Below, in pieces: positions 1-6,834 of a stretch of DNA of 32,000 nt (within the stretch, counting starts at the first letter, position 1; every line of letters begins with the position of its first letter). The position numbers and the translations under genes are program-made. The stretch spans positions 2,010,001 to 2,042,000 of the forward strand of contig NC_007517.1 of the NCBI RefSeq assembly GCF_000012925.1, read 5' to 3'. The DNA is from Geobacter metallireducens GS-15 (GTDB lineage: Bacteria; Desulfobacterota; Desulfuromonadia; Geobacterales; Geobacteraceae). The notes under the pieces were generated by a model. It made no database searches. It was not told the DNA's origin and was given only the letters and a program-made list of their open reading frames with translations.

Positions 1-287
1 TCTATCAAACGTGTTCGGACCTCCTGGCTGAATTGGGCCAGGCTCGGGAAGCAATTAAGCTTCTTAAAAACGGCATAAACGGCCCACGGATGGGGAATAT
101 CGCGTCATTGATCATGCGATGTGCTGAGCTGCTGGCTGCTGAAGGGCGGCTAGAAGAGGCAATTGAACTATTGTTAAAGGGGATCAATAATTCTCCTAAT
201 GATAGACAGTTGAGCGAACGCTTGGTGAAATTAAAAGAACTCTACGGAGGCAGTCCGAGCTTTCTAGATAAGCTACCGACACAATAA
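1..287 (+). CDS. TPR-like repeat protein, C-terminal end (5' part lies left of the window)
   Basis: Frame 3 is open from nt 3 to TAA 285-287; the track ORF 33..287 begins at an internal TTG. Helical repeat text ...LAELGQAREAIKLLKNG...LLAAEGRLEEAIELLLKGI... is typical of TPR/Sel1-like repeats. Confidence 0.55.
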   Translation, partial: YQTCSDLLAELGQAREAIKLLKNGINGPRMGNIASLIMRCAELLAAEGRLEEAIELLLKGINNSPNDRQLSERLVKLKELYGGSPSFLDKLPTQ

Positions 288-292
288 CTTAG

Positions 293-547
293 ATGCTCAC
301 GATCGACCTCACCTCCACCCTCAAACTCTTTACCTCCCTCTACCGCGCCCCCGGCGCGGTCTGGACCGAGGCCACCAGACGCAAGGCGCCACATAAGCCG
401 TTGCTCCTCCTGGCGGTGCTGGACCTGGTGCATCGCGGCGTCATCACCACCCCGTTCATCGACGTCACCGCCGATCTGGTGGAGTTTAACTCGTTGGAAA
501 AAGACGGGCTGCTCGCGCCGAAAACATGGTCGAAGAAGATACTGTGA
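293..547 (+). pseudogene. N-terminal fragment of an HNH_2-type endonuclease (gene split, see 1826-2278)
   Basis: The 84-aa ORF carries the family-typical N-terminal signature RKAPHKPLLLLAVLDLVHRG...DLVEF. Resemblance to full-length members (about 330 aa, from memory) stops near nt 490 and the frame hits TGA at 545-547. The matching HNH half lies 1.3 kb downstream in the same frame (frame 2). Confidence 0.6.
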
Positions 548-1815
548 CAAGAATGCTTTATAACGAAACTGATAGCGGGGAGTTCACACGAAAGGTCGTC
601 ACTCTTTTGGGAGAGGCTACCGCATTGCAGGGAACGCTGCATATGCCCGGAGTACGCGATGATTATCGATCTCGGCTGGAGCAGGTTGTTCTGTTGGCCA
701 GAAGGGCGCTGGGCAATGCGGGGGAGAACCGGGAGGTTGCGTTGCTCCAATGGGTGTTGGTTCAGGCTTTAGGGGCCCGGGGAGAGGATGCGCGCTATGG
801 TGCCGGGCAGCTCTCTCGCGGTTCTCAGCGGGCGCCCACATTGGAAGATTGCGAAGACGGCTGGCAGCGAGTAGAGCAGATCGTTTGCAATGCAGAAGAT
901 GCGGCATTGGAGACCGCACGTATTGCCCAGCTACTTAATACGGCCAAAGCGAGAGAGATTGCCCGCAGAGCTGAAGTTGCCGGAAAAGCCGCCAGGAAAA
1001 TCGTCCTGGAGCGGAACCGCGCATATACTTTCCATGCCGATCCCGGCTTCTCGTTTGGCGAAGGCTGGTACCTGGCTGCTGCGGCACTGTTTGCCGGCCT
1101 TTCTATTCAGATCAGACCTGGCGCTGCCCAAGAATTGCAAGTCAGGCGGTTCCTTTTCGATGCCGGGTTAGAAGGATCCCTTCGCCCTTATCGGTCTCGT
1201 CCGGCGAGCCCCAAGCATCTGACTCATATCATTGCCGAGGCTTTTCGCACCGACGCGCCAGGAGCACAGTGCACGCTGCGCGCAGGCTTTCTGGGAGACG
1301 AATCGCCGTCGGCTGCCTTAAGATCATGGATTGATGGCAAGGTGGGGGGGAAGCTGGAACAGAAGGTGCTGCTTTGGGTTCGAACGGGTGACCACGATGC
1401 CCAGCGCAATACCTGTTTCGATGAATTGCGTCAGCTTTCTGAACTGGTATTGAATGCCGGGCTCACCCCCATCTTTTTCGGCGATAAAGTTCCTCTGGAG
1501 CTTGTTCCGCCAAGCGCAGTCAACCTGACCCTGTGCTGGAAAGAGCCGCTCTTCCAGGGGCCGGACATGCGCCGAGCGCAACTGCAACTGTTTGAAGAGT
1601 TGAGATGCCGCCACGGCCTGGTGGGCCAGATTGGCGTTACCACTGCCGGCATGGACGGACCGGCGCTTATGGGATTGCCCACCCTTTATCTCACCCAGGA
1701 ACGCAACGTCCGACTGGGCAAGTGGGTGGGAGCCGTTCCGGGATATCAAGAGGTCGTGCGGGAGCCGGGCTATTTCGAAATCATTCGCACCACCCAGCAT
1801 CATTGGCAGCAGTGA
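526..1815 (+). CDS. hypothetical protein (429 aa); helical N-terminal half, C-terminal half weakly GT-B/heptosyltransferase(GT9)-like
   Basis: Long uninterrupted ORF sitting exactly in the gap of the split HNH gene. The C-terminal text KVLLWVRTGDHDAQRN...LTPIFFGDKVP...GLVGQIGVTTAGMDGPALMGLPTLYL resembles the nucleotide-sugar-binding Rossmann half of GT-B enzymes. The start is ambiguous (ATG 526 or 553) and there is no strong RBS. Confidence 0.6.
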   Translation: MVEEDTVTRMLYNETDSGEFTRKVVTLLGEATALQGTLHMPGVRDDYRSRLEQVVLLARRALGNAGENREVALLQWVLVQALGARGEDARYGAGQLSRGSQRAPTLEDCEDGWQRVEQIVCNAEDAALETARIAQLLNTAKAREIARRAEVAGKAARKIVLERNRAYTFHADPGFSFGEGWYLAAAALFAGLSIQIRPGAAQELQVRRFLFDAGLEGSLRPYRSRPASPKHLTHIIAEAFRTDAPGAQCTLRAGFLGDESPSAALRSWIDGKVGGKLEQKVLLWVRTGDHDAQRNTCFDELRQLSELVLNAGLTPIFFGDKVPLELVPPSAVNLTLCWKEPLFQGPDMRRAQLQLFEELRCRHGLVGQIGVTTAGMDGPALMGLPTLYLTQERNVRLGKWVGAVPGYQEVVREPGYFEIIRTTQHHWQQ

Positions 1816-1825
1816 CCCTCGGGGC

Positions 1826-2278
1826 ATGCTGGCCAATCTGGAGCAGGCCCACCTGCCGCTGGTGAAGGAGATCGTGGAAGCGGACAACTATCGGCCGGCG
1901 GTGCGGGATCAGGCCTTCCGACGGGTGGTGACCACGGCCTACGACCCCCGCTGCGCCCTGTGCGGCATTCGCATCGTCACTCCCGACGGCCACACGATGG
2001 TGGAGGCGGCCCATATCGTACCGTGGAGCAGAAGCCAGAACGACGACATCCGCAACGGCATGGCACTCTGCCGGCTCTGCCACTGGGGGGTCGACGAGGG
2101 GATGCTCGGCGTCTCCGACAACTACACCGTCATCACCTCCCGCAGCATCGGCATTGATCGCAACGTCCCCGGCCTGCTCCTAACCCTCTCCGGCCGTGGC
2201 ATTATCCCTCCGGCAGAGCGCGATCACTGGCCTGCGCCGAAGTATCTGGCCGAGCATCGACGGGAATGGCGGTTGTAA
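1826..2278 (+). CDS. HNH nuclease domain protein (C-terminal half of the split HNH_2 endonuclease; possibly still expressed)
   Basis: NYRPAVRDQAFRRVVTTAYDPRCALCGIRIVTPDGHTMVEAAHIVPWS...NDDIRNGMALCRLCHWGVDEG is the classic HNH_2 core. The frame is open from 1631, but family similarity begins about 1830. ATG 1826 lies 11 nt after the stop of the 429-aa ORF. Confidence 0.7.
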   Translation: MLANLEQAHLPLVKEIVEADNYRPAVRDQAFRRVVTTAYDPRCALCGIRIVTPDGHTMVEAAHIVPWSRSQNDDIRNGMALCRLCHWGVDEGMLGVSDNYTVITSRSIGIDRNVPGLLLTLSGRGIIPPAERDHWPAPKYLAEHRREWRL

Positions 2279-2332
2279 AATACGTCATGAATTACGAATA
2301 CATATTTAGATACGAGTCAGAAGTGAGGAGAT

Positions 2333-3400
2333 ATGGCACGACAACGAACTAGCCCAATGGAAGATATGATTTTGGTCGCCAGCAAACTTCCGTGGTGGGC
2401 GTGCCTGCTACTGGCGCTTGTGTCGTACGCCGTGCTTCACACGATGGCAATGCGCCCTGTAATGCCTGCTACGGTTGTTCCAGGCCAGATGGGCGACGCC
2501 GTAGCCCGGGGACTCATTACGACTCTGGCCATGTTCGGACAGTACGTGATGCCATTCGCTTTTGCACTGGCTGCTCTGTTGTCGGCCGTTACGTCGTCTC
2601 GTCAGAAAAAGCTTTACGATACCGTTGCAGGTCGTGGCGATGTTGCAGCTCTGAATGAAATGGGATGGGATGAGTTTGAAATGTTGGTAGGAGAGCATTT
2701 CCGCCGTCAAGGGTTCCAGGTGACCAGACAGGGAGGAAACGGTCCGGATGGTGGTGTTGATCTGATACTCAAGAATGGCGGCGAAACGTACCTTGTGCAG
2801 TGCAAGCAGTGGAAAGCTTACAAGGTCGGTGTGCAGCCAGTTCGTGAGCTATACGGCGTGATGGCATCGCGAGGTGCCGTTGGAGGTTATGTCGTCACTT
2901 CAGGCAAGTTTACCGACGAGGCGGTTGACTTCGCTCGCGGTTTGAATGTCGAATTGATTGATGGTCGCCAGCTTCGGCAGATTATCGATAATGCTCGTAG
3001 ACCATCGACAGATGTCGTTCGCCACGAGATATTTCCGAAAGCGGTTTCCTCTCCTAACTGTCCCAAGTGCGGAGCTGAAATGAAAAAGCGTGTAGCACGA
3101 CAGGGCAGTAATGCTGGCAGGGAATTCTGGGGGTGCTCAACCTATCCAAAGTGTAAGGGAATTGTCCCCGTTACAATAAATCAGGACACAGACCAGGCAA
3201 AGGTAACAATGCAACCGACTATCCCCCCAGTGGATGCCAGTAAGAAACTATGCCCTCAATGTGGTGAAGAATTAGTTTTGCGGCAATTCCAGAGTGGCCC
3301 TCGAATTGGACAGCAATTCTATGGCTGCCTCACATGCAAAAAAGGGTGGCCTGTCGACACGTTAGCGCAGCATGCAGCGCTTGCCGATGGAGGTAAATAG
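2333..3400 (+). CDS. membrane-anchored Mrr-cat type restriction endonuclease with two topoisomerase-type C4 zinc fingers
   Basis: GAGGAG RBS upstream of the ATG. Two N-terminal hydrophobic helices (LPWWACLLLALVSYAVL; LAMFGQYVMPFAFALAALLSAV). Mrr_cat core GGVDLILKNGGETYLVQCKQWK. CPKCGAEM...FWGCSTYPKCKG and CPQCGEEL...FYGCLTCKKGW zinc ribbons. Confidence 0.85.
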   Translation: MARQRTSPMEDMILVASKLPWWACLLLALVSYAVLHTMAMRPVMPATVVPGQMGDAVARGLITTLAMFGQYVMPFAFALAALLSAVTSSRQKKLYDTVAGRGDVAALNEMGWDEFEMLVGEHFRRQGFQVTRQGGNGPDGGVDLILKNGGETYLVQCKQWKAYKVGVQPVRELYGVMASRGAVGGYVVTSGKFTDEAVDFARGLNVELIDGRQLRQIIDNARRPSTDVVRHEIFPKAVSSPNCPKCGAEMKKRVARQGSNAGREFWGCSTYPKCKGIVPVTINQDTDQAKVTMQPTIPPVDASKKLCPQCGEELVLRQFQSGPRIGQQFYGCLTCKKGWPVDTLAQHAALADGGK

Positions 3401-3518
3401 GAGGCGCTCCCCGGTTTAGTTCTGTAGGAGCTTCAGCGAGCTGTTAAAACCTCTACTGGCAGTGGGTCGTACCGCTGGGCCAGACCAGCAGCATCACCGA
3501 ACTTTATGAGGAACCTGT

Positions 3519-4112
3519 ATGAACCGAGCCGATAAGGCAATAGTCCTATATCAGACTCCGGACGGGTCATCTTCTCTTCAAGTCCATCTCGACCATGACA
3601 CCGTCTGGCTTACACAGAAGCAGATGGCCGAACTGTTTGGAAAGGATGTCAGAACCGTCAACGAACACATCAGGAACATCTTCAGGGAAGGGGAGCTTGA
3701 TGATGCTTCAGTTATCCGGAAATTCCGGATAACTGCCTCAGACGGTAAAAGCTACGATACGGCCCACTACAACCTCGACGTGATAATTTCCGTAGGCTAC
3801 CGGGTGAAGTCACAGCAAGGGACCCGCTTCCGCCAATGGGCGACCAGGGTGCTGCATGACCATATCGTCAAGGGGTACACGCTCAACGAGCAGCGGCTGC
3901 GGGAGGAGAGCGCCAAGTTGCAGGCGATGCAGCAGACGGTGGCATTGCTGGCGCGGACCCTGACCAATCAGGAGCTTGTCAGCGATACCGGCCGGGACGT
4001 GCTGCGGGTCATCGACGATTACGCCTATGCGCTGGCAACCCTTGACCGTTACGACCACGGGACGCTGGCCATCGAAGGAATTACCCGCCAGGCCCAACAG
4101 AGAATTGTATAA
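3519..4112 (+). CDS. RhuM-family protein, C-terminally truncated
   Basis: WLTQKQMAELFGKDVRTVNEHIRNIF...YNLDVIISVGYRVKSQQGTRFRQWATRVL...IVKGYTLNEQRL is the RhuM N-terminal module. At 197 aa it is far shorter than the 300+ aa members I recall, and the stop arises right at a junction with unrelated PAS-coding sequence. Confidence 0.75.
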   Translation: MNRADKAIVLYQTPDGSSSLQVHLDHDTVWLTQKQMAELFGKDVRTVNEHIRNIFREGELDDASVIRKFRITASDGKSYDTAHYNLDVIISVGYRVKSQQGTRFRQWATRVLHDHIVKGYTLNEQRLREESAKLQAMQQTVALLARTLTNQELVSDTGRDVLRVIDDYAYALATLDRYDHGTLAIEGITRQAQQRIV

Positions 4113-4239
4113 AACAAAGGTGTACCTCTATCACAAGGATGGTCACAGAATCCCTGTATCAGTTCGTGTCACCCCCATGACCGATGAAGAAGGCAACATT
4201 ATCGGCAAAGTCGGATTGTTCAGCGACATCAGAAAGGAT
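4108..4239 (+). pseudogene. remnant of a PAS-domain sensor gene (C-terminal PAS strands only)
   Basis: Frame-1 text YKTKVYLYHKDGHRIPVSVRVTPMTDEEGNIIGKVGLFSDIRKD matches the end of a PAS fold (..rkDG..ipv..s..p..de.G.iig.vg...DI). There is no start codon or N-terminal part, and it begins exactly where RhuM ends. Confidence 0.4.
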
Positions 4240-4297
4240 AGCGGATCAACCTTTCGGGGAGTGCCCAACCGCGTGCCGATTACCCTGCAGAAGGAAT

Positions 4298-5650
4298 TTA
4301 TGCACTTACGGCACCTTGGTTCTCCTGCCGGACATCCCTGATCTGCCGTTTCCCGGTGCCGGTCGTGAACCAGCCGGCCCTGTCGAAGGTGATGCTCCCC
4401 AGCGTCAGCCCCCCCTGCCGGAACAGGGGATCGCTTGATTCGGCGCGCACAAGGGCGGCAACGGCCCCTCTGGCGACCTGTTCTTCCTGCCCCTCGCATG
4501 CCTGGAGACAGAGGTTGAGTTGATCCCGGCCGCCGTTATCGGCGATTTCGGCCGTAAAGTTCAGCAGTCCGGGAATCGGAAGCAACGCCTCGTCCAGAGT
4601 TGCCATGGCGATGCTTGCCCCATCCCTGAGCCTCACGGTCGCCCCGATTCGTCCCTGCACCCGCCCGAGACGTTTCAGCACCGTGCCGCAGGGGCAGGAT
4701 TCCGGCATCATCCTCGCCATATCCCCGGTCCGGTACCTCACGAGCGGCATCCCGCTTCGGGTGAGGGTCGTGAAGATCACTTCCCCGAACTCGCCATCGG
4801 CTACCGGCCGGCCTGTGGCCGGGTCGACGATTTCCGTGTACAGGTCGGCCTCGCGCAGATGGTAGCCGTCCCTTGCCTCACACTCCACGCCTCCCCCCAG
4901 CCCGGTTTCCGTCATGCCGTAGTGGGTGAAGACCCGGCAGCCCCAGTGCTGCTTCAGTTCCTCCACGATCGCCGTGGGCACGTAGTCCGTGGAAAGAAGG
5001 ACGCTCTCCACCCAGCCCCGTGGAATCGCCTCGCCACCCTCACCACGGGCCAGAGAAAGAATCTGGGTCGGTATCCCCACCAGGCAAGGGGAAGGGTGGC
5101 GCAGAATCTCCGCCCGTGCCGCTATCGGGTCCCGTACCGGTCCAAAGGCGACCGGCCTCACCCCCAGCCGTGCCAATCCCCGAGCCAGCAGATCACCAAC
5201 GCTGTCGGGTCGTTCGCCGGGCAGAAAGATGATGACGGTTGCCCCGGCAGCGACCATGGTCGCCATGCCGTGATGGAAAAAATCGACCGTCAGCTCCAGG
5301 TCTTCTGCCGTGAAAAATATCCGCTTTGCCTCGCCGCTGGTCCCTGAGGTTTGCAGGGTGACCACCCGTTCGATTTCGTCCTGGGAGGCGCAGAGCATCC
5401 GCATCCCCTGGGTTCGCACATCGTCCGGCGTCGTGAAGGGGAGGCGGCTGAATGCCTGCAGATCCTTCACGTCCCGACCGTCGATTTCGGCAAGAAGGTT
5501 CCGGTAGAAGGGGCTCTTCGTCCGGGCATAGGCGACCACCTCCCGCAGTTTTCGCACCTGATAGGCCTCGAGGTCGCTCCGCGTCAGTGCCTGCGTGCCG
5601 GGCAGAAGCAACTTGTCCCGTATCCACCCCTCCAGCGGCGTCCTATTCAT
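4298..5650 (-). CDS. adenylate-forming PaaK-like (phenylacetate-CoA-ligase family) enzyme, divergent paralog
   Basis: TSGTSGEAKRIFF (AMP motif), THYGMTETG, YRTGD. ATG at 5650 is preferred over 5671 because AAGGGG sits 8 nt upstream. It lies about 50 nt downstream of the C_GCAxxG_C_C gene on the same strand. Confidence 0.85.
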   Translation of the reverse strand: MNRTPLEGWIRDKLLLPGTQALTRSDLEAYQVRKLREVVAYARTKSPFYRNLLAEIDGRDVKDLQAFSRLPFTTPDDVRTQGMRMLCASQDEIERVVTLQTSGTSGEAKRIFFTAEDLELTVDFFHHGMATMVAAGATVIIFLPGERPDSVGDLLARGLARLGVRPVAFGPVRDPIAARAEILRHPSPCLVGIPTQILSLARGEGGEAIPRGWVESVLLSTDYVPTAIVEELKQHWGCRVFTHYGMTETGLGGGVECEARDGYHLREADLYTEIVDPATGRPVADGEFGEVIFTTLTRSGMPLVRYRTGDMARMMPESCPCGTVLKRLGRVQGRIGATVRLRDGASIAMATLDEALLPIPGLLNFTAEIADNGGRDQLNLCLQACEGQEEQVARGAVAALVRAESSDPLFRQGGLTLGSITFDRAGWFTTGTGKRQIRDVRQENQGAVSA

Positions 5651-5699
5651 CGCGGCACCCCTTTCTTCCATGCTTGTTTCACAGGGGGTAACGGAGTGG

Positions 5700-6155
5700 T
5701 CATTGACCTGTACCGCCCACGGTCGCCAGTATCGACTGGAGTTTCTCCATGGTTGCCAGCAGCAGGTCCGAGCAGGCCCGCTTGTCGGGGCTCGCCTTCA
5801 GGATTTCATCGCAGTTGATCCCGCCGTACTCTTTTTCCGCCCTGACCGAGAACCAGTCCCACAATTCAGCCAGCAGCAGGGGAAACTCCGAGTCCTGCAT
5901 CTCCCTCTCCCTCGAACCATCCAGTGCCAGTGACAACGCACATGACGCACCGGTGAGCACCCCGCAGGTGACGCCGGCGTAAAAACCGTTGCAGAGGGCC
6001 GCCATCGACCTGACCAGGTCCGGGTTGTCCCGACCCAGGTCGCGCAACACCAGCTTGACCACGATCTGGCTGCAACAGAGCCCTTGATGCTTCATGAGCA
6101 AAATGTCGAGATAGGGGCCATCGAAGGTGATCGTGTTCACTGACTGGTCGTTCAT
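5700..6155 (-). CDS. C_GCAxxG_C_C family protein
   Basis: LCCSQ...ALCNGFYAGVTCGVLTGASCAL...INCDEIL...RACSDL fits the C_GCAxxG_C_C cysteine pattern. ATG at 6155 has GGAG 9 nt upstream; the longer 186-aa version adds a non-homologous N-terminal extension. Confidence 0.8.
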   Translation of the reverse strand: MNDQSVNTITFDGPYLDILLMKHQGLCCSQIVVKLVLRDLGRDNPDLVRSMAALCNGFYAGVTCGVLTGASCALSLALDGSREREMQDSEFPLLLAELWDWFSVRAEKEYGGINCDEILKASPDKRACSDLLLATMEKLQSILATVGGTGQ

Positions 6156-6331
6156 GGTGTTGTTCTCCAGGTGAATCTTTTTATGGCCTGTTGTCATTCT
6201 TGGGCAGACAAGGCACCTTACAGATATTTGCACACTAAGCGAGATTTTTTTGTTTGACAAGTAAAATAGTAATGTAGTACTAATTTACGCAAATAAGCGT
6301 GAGCTTATGGTGGAGTCGTAGTAACAGGGTG

Positions 6332-6347
6332 CGGCAGATGCTTTGCA
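6332..6347 (+). promoter_or_regulatory. candidate sigma-54 (-24/-12) promoter
   Basis: cGGCAGatgctTTGCA: the GG (6333-34) and GC (6345-46) have the canonical 12-nt register of TGGCAC-N5-TTGCW. The predicted start near 6358 coincides with the beginning of riboswitch copy 1. The -24 hexamer matches only 4/6. Confidence 0.25.
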
Positions 6348-6363
6348 CCGCGAAAATTTAAAA

Positions 6364-6517
6364 CCGTCTCCGAGCTGCGGCGCCTAAAGGGAACATCCCC
6401 AAGGCGGTCCGGCCTATGGGTATCGCTGGAAACGGCGTTGCCTTCCTTATGCAAAGGGGACCCAACGGTGCGGAGGTGTGTCCGCGACGTTCAGGGGCCT
6501 TTCTATCCAGGAGAGCG
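6364..6517 (+). promoter_or_regulatory. Moco/Tuco (molybdenum/tungsten cofactor) riboswitch-like aptamer, copy 1
   Basis: Closing helix TCTCC(6367-71)/GGAGA(6510-14). Hairpin CGCTG-GAAA-CGGCG (6424-6437) has a GNRA tetraloop. CCTAAAG (6383-89) plus TATGG (6415-19) resemble the 11-nt tetraloop receptor. Further hairpin at 6463-6490. It lies upstream of pterin-cofactor enzyme and moeA genes. Confidence 0.65.
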
Positions 6518-6532
6518 CCCCTTTTGTTTTTT
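6493..6532 (+). terminator. intrinsic terminator of riboswitch copy 1
   Basis: AGGGGC-CTTTCT [atcca] GGAGAG-c-GCCCCT stem followed by TTTTGTTTTTT. Confidence 0.6.
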
Positions 6533-6590
6533 CCCTCCGAGGCTCTAGTGCGGGCTGTCGGCGGAAAGCGGGTCTTGAAAAAATTTAAAA

Positions 6591-6743
6591 CCGTCTCCGA
6601 GCCGCGGCGCCTAAAGGGAACATCCCCATGGCGGTCCGGCCTATGGGTATCGCTGGAAACGGCGTTGCCTTCCTTATGCAAAGGGGACCCAGCGACGCGG
6701 AGGTATGTCCGCGACGTTCAGGGGCCTTTCTATCCAGAGAGCG
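6591..6743 (+). promoter_or_regulatory. Moco/Tuco riboswitch-like aptamer, copy 2
   Basis: Same elements as copy 1, shifted by 227 nt. In the 3' hairpin a T-G wobble of copy 1 becomes a C-G pair, so the structure is preserved. Confidence 0.65.
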
Positions 6744-6759
6744 CCCCTGTTGTTTTTTT
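6720..6759 (+). terminator. intrinsic terminator of riboswitch copy 2
   Basis: AGGGGCCTTTCT [atcc] AGAGAGcGCCCCT stem followed by GTTGTTTTTTT. Confidence 0.6.
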
Positions 6760-6834
6760 GCGGGATAGACCGCGTACAACGTGTCCGGTGTGATGATGCC
6801 GGATTACGACAACAAGTGGAGAGAGGAGGAGGAT

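Larger units (their letters stand above)
6354..6760 (+). repeat. tandem direct duplication, two units about 180 nt long with 227-nt period
   Basis: 6354-6535 aligns with 6581-6760 with about 8 differences by eye, including one 1-nt indel. The spacer tails are diverged. Confidence 0.9.

Noticed and set aside
480-1830. IS element, group II intron or intein as the cause of the HNH gene interruption
   Set aside because: There is no transposase, reverse transcriptase or LAGLIDADG-like text. By eye there are no terminal inverted or direct repeats. The insert ORF is in a different frame from the host gene, and about 330 nt of host sequence are missing. That fits replacement rather than simple insertion.
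4520-5347. 275-aa plus-strand ORF opposite the PaaK-like ligase
   Set aside because: It is antisense to a gene with AMP-binding motifs and gives a Pro/Arg/His-rich translation.
6211-6232. AGGCAC...TTTGCA as a sigma-54 promoter
   Set aside because: The GG to GC distance is 18 nt, which is incompatible with the -24/-12 architecture.
6354-6760. Possible CRISPR array or minisatellite
   Set aside because: There are only two units, each about 180 nt with a 227-nt period. That is far too long for CRISPR repeats, there is no spacer/repeat alternation, and no cas genes are present.
6358-6793. Track ORFs of 107, 125 and 64 aa spanning the duplicated region
   Set aside because: They exist only because the DNA is duplicated and GC-rich. 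They have no RBS, they overlap each other on both strands, and the sequence is better explained by conserved RNA helices, a tetraloop/receptor and terminators.
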